A stretch of DNA of 60,544 bases, the filler included, from Platydemus manokwari (lineage: Eukaryota): the NCBI GenBank assembly GCA_037951405.1. It is 6 parts of 6 records of this genome, joined end to end, with 100 filler letters (N's around TTAATTAATTAA, not from the genome) between each part and the next. Parts side by side here need not be neighbours in the genome. Positions count along the whole stretch, not along the records: positions 18,749 to 29,759 come from JBBMOY010981084.1; positions 29,860 to 40,488 come from JBBMOY011118219.1; 4 more parts are not named here. The stretch is one strand, 5' to 3'. Made by a program: the position numbers and the translations under genes. The number at the start of each line of letters is the position of its first letter. The stretch's first letter is position 1. The notes under the pieces are model-generated. The model had not been told where the DNA came from and did no database searches. It was given only the letters and a program-made list of their open reading frames with translations. Shown here in pieces: positions 23,138 to 38,352 of the stretch.

Positions 23138-26100
23138 CAAATTAACTTTCACTTCAATAAACTAAACCTTCTAAAACGTACATGTACAAAAATTAAACTT
23201 TACATAAGCACGACAATTAATATTATTATTAATATTTAATTAGAAATTCAATAAAAGCACAATTTAAAAATCTTAAAAACTAACATCCTAATCATATGAA
23301 TCAAAATTTCACTTGTAGAAAATAACTGTTAAAATTCATTGATAATCCCAGGCTTTAAGAATTGTAAAATATCCAATTGCAAAATAACCTTGAAAATATA
23401 TAGATCATTTATCACATACGAAATATAAAGTAAAAAGTAGAAAAAATATACCATATCTCATTAAAATAAAATATAAAAACATAAAATTGTGAATATAAAT
23501 CCATAAAAGTAACGGTTGACCTTGTTTTACATTCGAATTATTAAGCTAAATATTTGAATGAGAAATTGTAAACATGCTGGTCTAGATAGAAGAATCGTTA
23601 GTATTTAAGATTGATTTTTTTCATTTATTCTATCTCTAATTTTAAGTAATACATGTATTTTCCTATCCATCTGTAGCATAGAATGATGCAACGTATGCAT
23701 AGACACACACATATAGTTCATTGAAATATTCATTTTCCTCTTGTTAATGGATTCTAAAAATAGTATTCGTGTATTGTCAGATAGGTTATATGAGGTAACT
23801 AGCAGTTTTACAAACTAGCTTGTTGGTCGATTTATTTTCTCAGCATTTACATTAGGTTTCAACAAACCGCGTTTATGTGATGTTAATTAAATTTCTATTG
23901 ATGAAACCAGAACATTTATTCATCAAATATTAAAGAATTATTAAGAAACATAATATCGATTGTAAAGATCTACTTATAAGTATCTTCTGATCATCAACGA
24001 TATAAAAATTTGTATTAATGGAATAAGTCTGTCGAACATTTCGCATAATAATTCTATCTAGTTAACATTGCACTGGATAAAAATCTGATAAACCGGATGA
24101 TTAATGCTGGTTAGCCTTCCATTTCTATCAGGATTTACCGGCCTAATTAATGTTCGGTGAAATAGATTTTGGTTTTTATTGTGGAATTGTGGTCTTTTTT
24201 CTTTTAATTCGATCTTTCAAAGGTACATAGTTTGAAAAATATGATTTTTTTCATTAATTTTTTAAAATTTACCTGCTAAAATATAAAATTCAAGAAATAA
24301 ATAATTTTGGTTTGATACATTTTTGATAATAAATAAAGCTTCGAATGATATTTCACGTTGTCAGTTTCATTGGATTTTTTTTCTTTGAAAATTAACTTTA
24401 ATTATTGGTAGCCATTTCTAGACTCGAAGAATTACTTACATATGAATTTTTAAATCATAAATATCAAGATTTTTCCTTTATATTTAAATGAGTGAAAGTT
24501 TTCAATTTGTTGGGATGTTTTTAGCATAATAATAACAAATTGATTTCTTTCATAAATTCGTGTAGTAATATTTTATAATATTCTTAAATCACAACCAATT
24601 ATATATTCTAACATGTGTAGCAATTTTTAGTAAATAATATTCAAACTTTAATTTTTTCGAAAGATTATGTTTGGAATTGAATTAGTTCAAGTATTAGTTA
24701 TACTTAATATATACAATATTAATATTTATTATGAATTTTCTGATAAAAATTTTATAATTATCAACAAGGTTTCAAAGACTGAAAATTTCTTTAATGTTTG
24801 AAGGAATGTTTAAAATAAAGTGTTAAAGTTTTCAATAAGCGTTTAATCGACTAATGTTTTGATGTTTCTAAAGAATTTGCTATCGTTCCAATAAACATAT
24901 CCGGGTAATAAAAATATAATCAATTTCTCAAATAAAAATTCAAAATACATATTTAGATTTCCAAACTTTCTATTACAACTTATCCATCGATTTAAAAACC
25001 GAAGGAAGAGTTTCATGATTCACAGAACACTTCAAATTAATATTCCCTAGAAGCTACAGTTTCAAAATTTTTGTCAATGGAATAATAGTATTTCATTAAC
25101 TTAAATTAATTTTTTAATATCACATATAATATTGATAATAATAAGTAGATAAAACCCATCGATATTAATTTAATGAAATACATATTTTACATTTCATTTT
25201 TAGATTAGTTTACATAAATTAATTAATTATCTTGATTAAACTCAAAGACATTGGATTTGTTTACGAAATCTACAAAAGTCATTAAATAATATAAAAATGA
25301 GTAAACTGATCATGCATTCAAAATTTTATAGTAAAGATCAAAAACTTCTCAGGTATCAACAAACATAATATTTGAGTGTTGTATTAAAAAATAACCTTTA
25401 TTTTAATAATTTAATAATTTAATTTCAAAATCATATTTCATAATTTAAATAACCTATTAATGAAATTCAATGAAATTTAAATATGATCTTGTCGAATCGA
25501 AATCTAAGTGTATTCAGATCATCTCCCAAGGTCTGATTCCCCCAACACAATTCCCACGACCTTTAATTTTTAAAAAATAATAGATTAACATTCTGTGTAA
25601 TTACAAATTTATTAATACTGCTTTAATGATTTCTTCCCTTTCCATGTTTTTAAAACCCCACAAAACTGATTATAAAACATCTATTTTAAATTATCATATC
25701 TATTTAGTTTATTTTACATTGGAAATTTGGTGCTACTCTGGTCCATCACACACAATTTGCATTCATTTTGGTTCTAAATCATATTCACTATCCTAAAATA
25801 AAAAAAAAAACAATAAAGAAATTATTCACTTGCATGAGATTTGTGGAAATGTCTTGTTGTTTTTTCTATTTAAATTCATCTAGAAATAATTTTTGTTTTT
25901 TTACTTCTGAATATGGAGTCTTGAACAATTTTATTTCAATTAAATAAAAATGATTAAAAAGAATTTCGAGATTTTGTAAAATAAATTCATTACAACATGG
26001 AAATCACCCCGTATAATTAAATCGAGAAACGCAACAACAACTACCCACGTAATCTGCTATTATTAGCTCTTATCAATTGAAATATTAATAAACAGATGAT

Positions 26101-29100
26101 GGTTTTGTATAGGTTATATTCAAAATCTGATCGACAACGGCGGAATATGTACTGCCGGGAGGTTCGGTGGGTAATGAAAACAATCTTCAGCATAATAATC
26201 AACTTTTATCTTTTGTGAAAAATGCTATTGGAATAATTAGCATTGTTAAATATTTTATTTCGTTAAGGTCGATAAGGTCGATAAGGACTTGATGATTTAA
26301 ATATCGATGAGGAGAAATCTTTGTGATTTCAAAAAATTTTCATATCAAAGCATTTAACATAAAATTAATTTTAATTTAATTATTAAGATACTTGTGATTT
26401 ATTATTTTATAATTCGTTTAATTATTTCACGATTACTTATCACTGGGCACTTGTTGTTGATGAGTTCGATTTTAGAGCTGTTTATCCATCATATTATTCA
26501 TTTTCATATGATTGATAACTGAGACTTGATTCTTTCTTGATTCTTATTTATTTTATTCATTTTAATCTCATACCTGCACCAAAACAATTTATTTCCTTTA
26601 TTATTATAAAAGTCTTTTTTGTAAAATCCACTAAATCTCCTACAAAGTTCCTCCAACAATTATTTAAAAATATAAATATACTTTTACCGATTAACATACT
26701 CTTGTTAGCATAGATGGTGCGGAAGAAATTGAAACAAAGCTTCCATTTTATCAAGTCTTCATCTGACAATTACTGCAAATTGTATTCATCTGATTTTATC
26801 AATAGAATTTAAAGTAATCTTTCGTGGAGATTTTGAGAAATAATTTTAAAGGTACCTTATTTTGATAAGATAATATCTTGTAGAATTTGAGAAATTCGAT
26901 TTCAGAACGAGAAGTAATTATAGATGAAGCTATAATAATCAAGAACAATAAAAATTATCATCAAAACTATTGGCAAAAACAGTTTGCAAGGGGTTTACAA
27001 AAATTTTCCAATATCCATACATAAAGGATATCTATAAATATTTAATAATGAAGATAGTTAATATTAAAAAAAGGTATATTTAAGCTGATATCTTTTGTCT
27101 CACAATGTAAGTTGCTTCGAGAAATTTGCCTGAAGGTTGTTCCATTGATTAGATGGCTTTTTCAAATTGAATCAGAAAGTACGGGAATTTAGGATATGTA
27201 AATATTGATCATACTAAATTAGTTTGGAGTTTGAGACTGGAGGTGAAATATATTTAATCAAGTAGAATTTCTAAATGAGAGTAGGGGTAACTTTATATTT
27301 TATGATGAATAATTACGATGTCGATGGGTGAAAGCATCGAGCAGAAATTGTACATGATATCAGATAAAACGTTAGTTCGGCCTAACTATGGGCAAGAATA
27401 TCAAAGAAATTATTTAACATGTGCGCTATGTTGTCTGGAGCAAGTATTTTTGACTGGAAATTAATATTTTTCCCCTAGGCTCTTTTGATGCGAATATTGG
27501 GATAATTAAATAATCTTACTTTACCGTTCCGATACATCAAATATTAGCATAAAATAATTTTGTTATTTTAAGAGAGAATAAAATGTCGAATAAAAACTTT
27601 ATGTGAAATTTAGTATTATTATTATTTTATCATTGAAGTAACAAGTTTGAAAGAGATGAAGTGATATCAAATATTAACAAACTTCTTCAATTATTTTAAA
27701 ATTACCTACTATTGAAATTGTCCAACTAGCAAAGAAAGAAGATTTGGACAAACTTTGGCGACCGAAAAATGAATGTTTATTCTCAGCAGATTCGATCTCT
27801 TCAATTTTATTCGTAAACAACTTATGATTTCTACTTCTATTTTTCAATTGCAAAAAACCTCATTGTGGGGATCTTTAAAATAAAATTTTAAAAATTTTAT
27901 AAATAAATATCCAAAGATATTAATTTTTTAAGTGTTTATAGTTAAATAAGTAATTTTATATCGAGACTTCTTAGTTAGTTGTCAATGTGCACTTTATTAA
28001 GTAGTAACGGCTTACATTCAGCACAATATAAAATTTGTCGAAATGCAGACCGAAAAAAAGAAGTTATTAAAAGGTTTTGCTAATATATATTCAAATAATA
28101 AAAACGATTCAAATTGTTCATAATATATAATTTTACCTTTATTAAATATGTTTTAAATATTCACATAAATTTATTCAGAGACTGAACCGGAAATCCATAT
28201 TTTTTTTAATAAATAAATCTGTCAATCAAATTCATTACTTTTAATTTCTGTATATATGTTGGGGTCACGGGAGGGGCCAAGCACCTTATGTAGTCAAGCA
28301 ATTCAAAGGAGAAAGTGATGCCCTAAAAAAATCAAGAGCTACTCAAAAAATGATTTTAAATATTAACTTACTACATGAAATAAACCTATCTGCTCTCGAA
28401 TGAAAACCTCAAATCTGCAATAAAAAGAAGAAGACCTGCTTACAGAAAGAGTTCAATAATATGAAAGATCTTTTAATGAAACAGTGCGATAGAACCAAAT
28501 AATTCTAAAAAGGTGAATAACCGATCTGGATGTATAAACCAAAACAATAACATTAAACAATTCTTATCCTTGTCTTTTATCCTTTTGCATATTGTCTTTA
28601 ATCCTTTTATTCGTTTTCTGTATCTCGGGGAAATTTCAATAAAATTAGAAGACTTGAAATACTTTTTTAAGATAGGCTACAAAGTATTGGTAAAAAACTG
28701 AAGTACATAACAAAGACCAATGAAAATATTATGATACGTATTAAGTGATAGGAAAGAACCATGAAAGGAGTTAATAATTATAAGTTGAAAATGGTGCAGT
28801 AGGTGTCTGTCTTTCTCATTTCCCATTTCTTTATTTAAAAACCCAGATAAGTTTTATTTTAATAATTCTTGAAATTCAATCCCGGCTTTAATTTTTGGTG
28901 GATTGTCCATATCACGTTACAACCTTTAGACTAATACAACTTCTCATTACATATCCGGATTTGTTTCAATTCTCTTTACGTGTTAATTTAGCTTATGATT
29001 TGTTTTCCTTATTATTATCCATTCATTTAATCTCACTCTGTTAATAATTTTCACTTCTCTAACTTTGTATAGCTTTTTGAGCACTGTTTTTTCTTTTTCT

Positions 29101-29759
29101 AATTTCTAAACCTCTGAGCGAGAACAGCCAAGAATGCGATAAGATCTTTGGTTTATATAAAATTATTTATATAAAATGATAATATTAACATTATTGTAAT
29201 TATAATAAAAAATTTCATTTTAATATGTCTTTTTAAATATTTATTAGTTTTTTATATTTATCGGACTACATAAATTAATTTTACCAAAAATATTCTCACC
29301 AAACTCAATATTATTACCTAATGTCTGAATCGGTACGTACTCATTATCAGATTTGCAGCTTTCTTTTATAACTTTCTCTCTTCTATTCCTATCTAGTATT
29401 AAATTATCCAGAATCATATTCAGATAGGCGGTGTCCATGCTAGCTTCTGCTATCTCGGTAAAGCTTGTAATAATGTTATAGTCCTAACAATCATCTATTT
29501 GAATAGAAAGGGTAACCCAATCCAACTGTAATTTATGTTTCTCGGGATAAACTTTCATTGAAACTTAAAATAAATTTAATTTTAATCTGACATAATTTAA
29601 TTTATTCCTTTTAAAGAATTGTTTTGCAAAATTTTTGTTATTCATAAAAAAACATTTATATTTAGATTCTAATAATAAATTATTTTAAAATTATAATTTA
29701 TACATGAAAAAATAACCACCTGCGTAAGTGCAAATTTTGAATATAATTAACCATATCAT

Positions 29760-29859
29760 NNNNNNNNNNNNNNNNNNNNNNNNNNNNNNNNNNNNNNNNN
29801 NNNTTAATTAATTAANNNNNNNNNNNNNNNNNNNNNNNNNNNNNNNNNNNNNNNNNNNN
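29760..29859. other. Artificial contig-joining spacer
   Basis: 44 N + TTAATTAATTAA + 44 N. Confidence 0.97.
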
Positions 29860-30860
29860 TTATTTAGTTGGAATATGAAGGAAAGTTGATGAGAAAAATT
29901 AACCGAAATAAAATTTAACATAAACCTAAGTGAAAAATCTGTGAGAAAAATCAGACAAATTAAAATTAAACGGGAAGCCAAGTGAGAAAAATCGGCATGA
30001 AAAGCCTGGAGAGAAAAATGGACATGGCCAGGCTCGTATAAATAGCGGCGCTGGTCATACAACAGACACACAACAATCATTTAATTTGCGAATTCAGAAG
30101 AATTATTTCAATTTATCGAACGAAGTATTTAAGGAAGCACTTTGAAGCGAGGAAACTTTTTGGCCGGACGAAGGATATTAACTGCGGGAGATTTAACGAC
30201 GAGGATATATAACAGCATTTGGAGTTTTTCTTGGGGATATTTTTTCATTCCACAGATAATAGTAAGAATTACTTAGCTTATGATTTTTTTTCATTATTCA
30301 TAGCTCACTTAACATAACTATTGTGCTTATTAGTAATAATTTATAAATTTAATTTCTCTTTAATCGTTAATTCATTTATAACCATTGGTAATTAATCATA
30401 ATCTTACAGTTGATTTTATTCGAAGCATTAACGATAATAACTCTCTCCACATTATTTAATATCTTCGTCCGTCTTACGGATTACCTGTTAATCACTGAGG
30501 CGAGGTACCAGGTATTATTCAAAAATTTTGCGTTCTTTTTTAAATATTAATTGTTCAAATTCATTTTCAGAACCAATAATCGTGCTTTTCTTATTCAAGC
30601 AATCATACACGACTAGAGTCTGACTAAGAATTATCAGTTTATTTATTGCGATAAATTATTTGTTATTCTATTTACTAATTACTGGGAGAGGTTTTCATAA
30701 CCACATTATTATTATTTCAGGCCCAGAGTGACTCGGTTTCCTCTGTGCTCAACTCTCAATTTAATATTAATCTATTTTCCAACAGCTTGGTCATCACACC
30801 AGTTGTTGAAGCCCCTTCAGAACCAGCAAAACGTATAAAATTAAGCGCAACTCAAGACCA
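29860..30860 (+). mobile_element. LTR-like or promoter-bearing repeat segment (family unresolved)
   Basis: Locally higher GC, TATA box tataaatag at 30037, then a series of splice-like signals (gtaaga 30261, ttacag about 30408, tttcag about 30570 and 30720, ccaacag about 30785) with no ORF. Confidence 0.3.
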
Positions 30861-32319
30861 AAAACCCAATTTTATTTAATGAGATTTTTGGTGTCTTGGC
30901 TTTTCAGATCGTTTTTAATGTACTCGTATTATGTGAGATTTCCCGAAAAAAGATAAAAAGAAAAAAGTCTTTATCAATCTAAATGAGGTTCGATATCTGA
31001 GCGTTACGTTTTTGGATACTTTTCTATAGTATCTGTTTGAGGAAAACATTTATGTTTAAGTGTTTAAATTGCAAGTTATTTGTTTGAGTTTTCTTTAAGA
31101 GGCAATATCATGGCGAGTTTAAAATCCTCGAACATTTTGATATCATATTTCAACCGTATCAATGGAGGAATTTTTCCATGACTTATGTGTTTTGATTTCG
31201 TATTGAACTAAAAGTTGAAATTAATTTATAACATTAGAGATTGCTTACAGTAATTGTGTCAAATATATATACATAATATTAATCATTGATGGGTTTAAGA
31301 TATGAATGCACTATATTATTGAATTTCAATTACTTTTATATTGATGGATTGCCTTGAACGAGAAGATATAGTATGTTCTAATAATTATAGAATGGCGTTT
31401 CGTAATGCGGGATGTAGAATTGTTTGCCCTAACCGTTTAATCAAATTATCAGTTTTAAAGTGGTACTAAATTTACATAATCGATATTGTTTCTGAATAAT
31501 CTAATGTTTCGAAAATGGATTTTGTAAATAAACGACAATGTTGCTTTGACAATTATTACAAGCATGGGAGACATAAATAGAGATATACACATATTTTCCT
31601 ATTAAGTTGGGTTTATAACTGATACATATCATTGTCGTGTCTAAATATCATTTGATTTGTTTTGTTGTGTACAGATTGCGCTCAAATGATAATAAAATAT
31701 AAAATCGTTTTCAAAATTTTCAAAAGAAAAGTGACTACTTAAATTAAAAGGGTGTATAAAATAGATTTAATTCACCTTATAAATTATTGAACCTTCGAAA
31801 ATGTAACATTTTAATAAGAAGTGTTCGGCACAATAATAGTATAATTAAGTAATAAAAGTATAATTAAAGAAATGATAATAATAAGAATAATTAAGAATAA
31901 ATTAAAGTTAATTAAGAAAAAATTTTTTTACAAATTTTCAAAGAAATGATTAATAAAAACTAAAAATAGAACAACAAATGAAAATAGATCAAAATAAATC
32001 TCAAAATAGAAATAAATTAATAAAAATACCAAAAATAACTTATAATAAAAAAGATAAAAATAATAATAATAATACTTTAAAATAGTATAAAAAATAATTA
32101 AAATAATTAAAATCAGAAAAATATCAATATATAAGCCACAACTTATTTGTTAAGTTCGCGCATAACCCAAGAAGAAAAAGATATCGCTAATTTATCGATT
32201 AAAAATTCAAATTTTGAGTTGGCAATCAATTTAATCTAATTGTCAAGCAAAGCAATTCTAATTTTCAGAATATTTATCAATAAACAATTAATTGGCTGAT
32301 CAAACTGTCAAATCTAGAA

Positions 32320-32910
32320 GATTAATATCTCGCGCGGAGTGGATTAATTACTCACAAGTGATTCGGACTATATAATCGAATATAAAATCGAATTATAAGA
32401 AACACAAGAGAAAATCAGAAGAAAGAAACAAAAACCCTTACAAATTATAGCCTAATATAACAAACCAAATGTATTTACTATATTTATGTTCAAGAACACC
32501 ACATTAATTCAAAGAACAGTCGAGAACTGATCAAGTAAGCAATTTTTAGTTAAAAAATTCTTAAACCATTATAATATTATTAATAGTACTAACATATAAA
32601 TATCTTTGGAGTAATTATTCTTATAAATTTACATTCCTCAAATTGTTAACTTAAACATTTTATTGAATCTTAAATTACCACAACTTTATGTCGGTTTCAT
32701 ATCGATTAACCCTTACATGCCAATTCTAGTTTGAACCCAGTTCAACTAGAAATTAAAATAAACCCAACGAATAAATTCCAAACAAATCTAGTTTAGTGGT
32801 TACGGTGCCATCAGGCCTACAAACCGACAAAATCATTGAGGATTCTTACAGGCAAAGTAATAAGAACCCAGATAAAATCTCTACTCTATCTAAATGTAGT
32901 CTATCAAAAA
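32320..32910 (+). mobile_element. Highly decayed LINE RT fragment
   Basis: Ordered weak remnants: SRGVD about 32330 (SPGxD), IYIPQ about 32628 (xxIPK), YRLTLTC about 32700 (YRPISLTC), GYGAIRPT about 32797 (QxGFRxxRST). Confidence 0.35.
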
Positions 32911-35599
32911 AAGTAAAAGAAATTAACTTAAACATCTTCTCTAATCTCATAGTTATTTGTTATAATAGTTGATAATTTATCTGCTATTAAACATCATTGT
33001 TGAGATATTTGTAAAGAATGTTATTTAAATTATGATTCTATGTATCTTATTTGTTATTTATTAGCATAAACCCGCCCATTATTTTTATAAATACGACTTT
33101 TGGAGTCAGGCGTAAGATAAATGAAAGAGCTCAATCGTGTTGGGTAAAATATAATAAATAAGATCTTCAAGTTATCAAATTAATAAAATCATCCAAATTT
33201 AGATAATTTTTTGTTAATAATTAAGTCAGTAAGACATAAGAAATCATAAACCCAACAGAAGTCTCAACATCATGAGGTCGCTTTGAAATCAGACTCTTTT
33301 TTCGGTTAACTGTACCTTATTTAGGAACACAAATAGCTAAGTCTGTATTGATTTGATACTTTTATATATACTTTTAATCGTTAAGTAACCATTTTAGACA
33401 AACCCTTAATAACAAAAAAAGATAAAAATAAAGAGAATAATAATAATCAAGATAATAGTAAAAATTAAAAAAATCGTAATGAATACTTCTTTTGCTGAAC
33501 CCTCAATTTCAAGCTAAGTAGCTACTAATTACAATCACAATTAATTATTAATTTAATTTATTATTATCGAGATTAGTTTAATTTATTTTAATTTCACCAT
33601 TGATTTCATTTTATTTATATAATCTCGAAACTATAATTCAAATTAAGTTTCATTGAAATTCATGTTCAAAAATAAATTGAACTTCATTAACTCTCTACTG
33701 AATGTAACCTCATTTTAAAGCCATCCGATCGTGAGATCCGACTGATTAATGATTTTCATTTGCTGACAGTTGGTGTCGGTTCGAATTGTTTGATGGATCA
33801 ATGAACCTTGTTGTGGGGCGTGTTTTGAGAGTTCTTATTATAATTTTAATTATCTACTAAATTCACCATATGGTCCATCTTAATTAATGAATAGAACACA
33901 TGATAATTGATATCGATAGACATAATGGGATTTTTTATTATTATATCGCTACAATCAATTAGTTTTTATTCGAATCAGGGGAAACAATTTATTTACATAT
34001 GGGAAATTTTTCATTCATATTTTGGAACGATCAAAACTAGGGAAAAAACAGATTGGCATTTTAATATTCATTCAACCAAACCAATATTGATCAATGATAA
34101 ATCCATAATAATTCACTTAAAACAAAAACGGAGGTATTCGATCGATAAATCTATCGGATTGAGTTGATCAATACTGCATTTCTTAGATATATAAATTCTT
34201 GCCATGAAAATTCGTGATAAAATTTTCATTGGAATAAGCGGGTATTTTTGAATTAAAATTCTTTACTTTAAAAATTCATCTTTATTTTTACTTATTTTAA
34301 GCTACTGTTTAACTTTTAAATGATAGTAATTTGGACCTCTGAAATCCCATATAAACCGATACTAATGGGTAAGTATTTGTTTAGAAGGATCAGATAGAAC
34401 CTTTAATCCATACTATTTTAATGTAAAATATTGTCAGTAAATATCGTCAAAATTAGAGAGGAATATACCCAGTGAAAAATTATTATTAATAGATCCAGCG
34501 GTTTCACTAAACGAACGTATCAAGTGCACTTAGCTTAGGTAATACTGTAAGATAAAGTGAAAACAAATTCAATTTGAATAATTTTGTGGTTGTGGAAAAC
34601 TAAATCTAGCGCATTTTCAAATCTCTCATTCTACTGTCCGAATATTTATTCGTCCAAATAACAATTTGAAGCAGTAAAATTATATTTTCACTTCTTAACT
34701 CATTTAAAGAAAAATATTTTAAAAATTAGACAACTTTTTTATCGGCACGAAATTAATGTAAAACATTTAAAATTTTGTGTAATGCTAAAAATCTACTTTT
34801 AATTAAATTGAACATTTATAAGATATGAGCAATAAATTGGCGTCAAATAAATTATTCTTCATCAGGTAAGTCGTGGTTACAATCATCTATATCGAAAATC
34901 GACATCTATCACAGATCGGTTATTGCTTGTTGCCAAAATTTCTTCATTCTTCTATCCAAATCAAAAGTCATGTTTACAACAGAACAAAAAATCGATTCGT
35001 CAAACAAATATTTAATTTATTTCCATCTGATTTGTTTTCATTTTTAATTCAAATACAAAAGTGCCCACATTTTTGTGTTATATCTTACTTATTTTGAAGA
35101 GATTTAAATTTTGTGTTTAATAATTTTAATAATTTTAAAACTGAGAATTTAACAGTATCTTTTTAAGCAAGAATATCAATATTTGTTTTTAATATAATTT
35201 TTTTTTAATATCTTTTGACTCAATTTTTTATAATTTTAATCTTAAGTAAATTTTATTGATTTATCGTATTTTTAAATAAACACCACAGTAACAATTTATT
35301 TCGTTAGATATCACCGAAAATAATTTTAAATTTAGCTGTTTAAAATTTGGTGGTTTAATTTGATTGGCTAACTTGATGGTAAAAGTCATAGAAATAAATT
35401 CAAGAAAAATCTTATTATGATTTACAAAAAAAGTTCTGGATAGAGTTAAGAAAAAGGTTCTTTTGGCCTACTTTCGTTATAATGAATTTCCGCGCATCAG
35501 ATAATTTTATAACTTAATTTTATATATAACTGCTATGTTTGATTTATTCGTATAATTTAGTTAATATCTCATTTTTGAAGATGTCTAAAAATGTTAAAA

Positions 35600-36940
35600 C
35601 ATAGTTTTTGAAACCAAATTCCTATTCTAATCACAACACTTCTATATGATTATTTGAGTTTTTAAATTTATATTTTTATAATTATAAATCTAGTTAGTTA
35701 ATTACAGATATGTTTAATAATATCATTGCTTATTTCTATAAAATAATTGTAAAAAATGAGAATATCTCTCAATTTGCTTCTAAAGTAAAAAAAAAGGGGT
35801 CCTCGTTAAATTTCAATTCGAAATATTTTAATCTGTTCATCTAATAATCAAATTTTAAGAAATTTTGTAGCTCTAGTGTATTTAATATTTGATTTCAAAC
35901 AACTAAAACTCTTGTTAAGTACTTAAATAAAATTTCGAAATGTTTTTAATTAAACTATACAGAATTTTGGGACCCCGTTTTATTTTTAGCCAAAATTTTA
36001 AACAAAAGTTCAATTTAATTTGTGACCTACTTTTGATGATGAATTTTCGCTAATGAATTGATTTTGTAATTTAATTTTATGTGTATTTTTCTCAGATTTC
36101 ATGATATAAATAATTGTTTTCAAAAAATAATTTCATATCAAAATTCGATGATGTAATTCTTTGGTGCTAAACATTTAGATTTCTGGTTATCATGGATTAG
36201 TGAAGTATATTAATAACCAAAGTATGAAGCCTTTTTTAAAACATTCAGTAATACTTAAAGATGATTCATACGCAATCACCCATCATCAATTAAATATAAA
36301 CTAATTATTTTAGATGTTAATTTTATCTTTACCTTACAATTTTGTTTCTATTTTCATCACTTTTGGCTTTGGAATATTACCAAATAGAAATCACAATTCG
36401 GCTTCATTCGAAGAAAGCTTCATAACAAAGAATGGGAGATTAGGGCCACTTATCAAAGATAATCTTAATTCACAAGAACTAATTGAGAGTGTTCAAAATC
36501 TTGTTTTTTTTTTAATATGTCGCAGAAGAAGACGATTTAACTGTGTTTGATTAAAATGCATGCATCTTTTTTAAACATTTTAAATATTATAATAAAAATA
36601 TACTATGATTTTTTTAAGTAATCGGTAAAAAATATAAGCGGTCCTCCAAATTATATTAGGAATTATATTGGCTTATATTAGGAAAAACACGATATCAACA
36701 AATTTGATATAATAATAAATTTTTGAAATATTTTTTTTATTGATTAGATTTTTTAATATTTAGTAGTATTTAGCTGCTTATTCATGCCGTTAAGTTAATA
36801 GTTCAGTTTTAGGATAAGGGAGAATTGCTAAACTATATTCCTATTTTAGACCAAACACTTCTATATGATTCATTGATTTTTTAAATTCATATTTTAAAAT
36901 TATGAATCGATTTAGTAAATTCATGACATGTTTATTAATC
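35600..36940. repeat. Diverged direct repeat pair (about 35610-35720 and 36830-36940)
   Basis: attcctattctaatcacaacacttctatatgattatttgagttttttaaatttatattttt versus attcctattttagaccaaacacttctatatgattcattgattttttaaattcatatttt. Confidence 0.65.
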
Positions 36941-38149
36941 TAGTATTGATAGTTTTTATCTCTCACAAGCGCATATTTACAGGCTATGAAAACTAGAAAA
37001 CTTTAAAACAGAAATCTAACAAGTGTGTTTGAAGTAATATTAAACAGAAGTAATATTAAATAGAAATATGTTTAAAATTTGTTGTTTTCGCATAATTTCA
37101 AAACTTCTGATTGATTAAATAATAAAAGTTCTATTAACAATTGACATCTTAAGATAGATTCACAGTTCTTTTCCGTTGATTTTGACCGATAATGAACAAT
37201 TCGATTAGTGCTATGTGAATCTAAAATGGCCCATGCCTGCTCTTAGTTTTAGCTCTTATTTTAATGGTTTATTTTCCAAAGCACAGATCAGATCATATTA
37301 AATGATGGATATTGTAGTTTGAATATAGATACATTGAAAATCAATGAGATAATTTTATTTCATTGGTTGAATTCTCGGGTAAGAGTAAACTCAATTATTA
37401 AATATAAAAGTAAATAAAAATAACTAGCAAAAGAAAATAAACTATTTAAGAATAATAAACTTTACGAAACGCTTTTATTAATTTATATAAAATTGATCTA
37501 ACCAACTCAATCTAAAGAGGCTTTTTTAATGAAATGATAGTTAGGTATACCGAATAAATTATAATTTTAATGCAGTTTCATACTTTTCAATAGCCATTGA
37601 ATTCCAGCATAATCTACATCGAATCCATTATTTTAAAAAATGTAAGGAATTTTTTGAATATATTGGGCGACCAAAGATTCCATTGAATAAGTAAATTTCT
37701 GAGAAAAATTATAAATAACCACTAATATATAAATTATGCTATCACTAACTAATTATGGATGAGTTCTCATTTTCTTTTACAATATTAATAACTAATGATG
37801 GTAGAAATTATGCTTATTGGATGCCACATTTCAGAGGTATTTCTCCTGAGACCGGTCAATTGCTTTACAGACATCTTCCTTGAGATGCTGTAGTGAGCGT
37901 GTGTGTGCGCGGAAAAATTTACATGAAGAACAAATTAACGAAACAAAATCGAAAGATATTTTTCACATATAATTTTCTATTTTGTAAGAAAATATCAATT
38001 AAAATTAATCGATTAGGAAAAATATTGAAAAATTTCCCATAAAAGATCACAAAAACCAAGTATTTCAAACAATGAAAATTCTTTTTCACTGATTAATGTA
38101 CTCTATTTCTTATTTCTTATTAATCGGTTGCATTATTACAATACTGCGG

Positions 38150-38352
38150 AAGTAACTGATGTTGAATTTTCGCTTGCTGATAGAGTGTTTATAATTAGCC
38201 ATGCAATAGTGTACCAGAGTAATGCCAAAGCTTGCAACGAATTTCAACAACATTTCAATCGTACACCACCAGCTAGAACAATAGTGCAATAATGAATACA
38301 AAAGTTTTGAAGAAACTGGAAACTTATCCATTAGGCTGTGATCGGGAAGACC
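38150..38352 (+). mobile_element. Mariner (rosa/DD41D-like, DUF4817-type HTH) transposase N-terminal fragment, copy 2
   Basis: EFSLADRVFIISHAIVYQSNAKACNEFQQHFNRTPPARTIVQ**IQKF/EETGNLSIRL*SGRP has the F-x3-F-x3-PP...KFEETG...SGRP signature. Same family as 12200-12400. Confidence 0.75.

Noticed and set aside
26100-29500. Short ORFs and less AT-rich patches upstream of Tob
   Set aside because: Probably decayed repeats, but I could not recognise any motif, so no feature is called.
31840-32130. A-rich low-complexity tract
   Set aside because: Degenerate (AAT)n-type sequence with no structure.
32722-32753. Imperfect hairpin as a miRNA or terminator
   Set aside because: Too short for a pre-miRNA, no known seed recognised, and it lies within LINE-like debris.
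38110-38331. Minus-strand 73-aa ORF
   Set aside because: Antisense shadow of a mariner transposase fragment.
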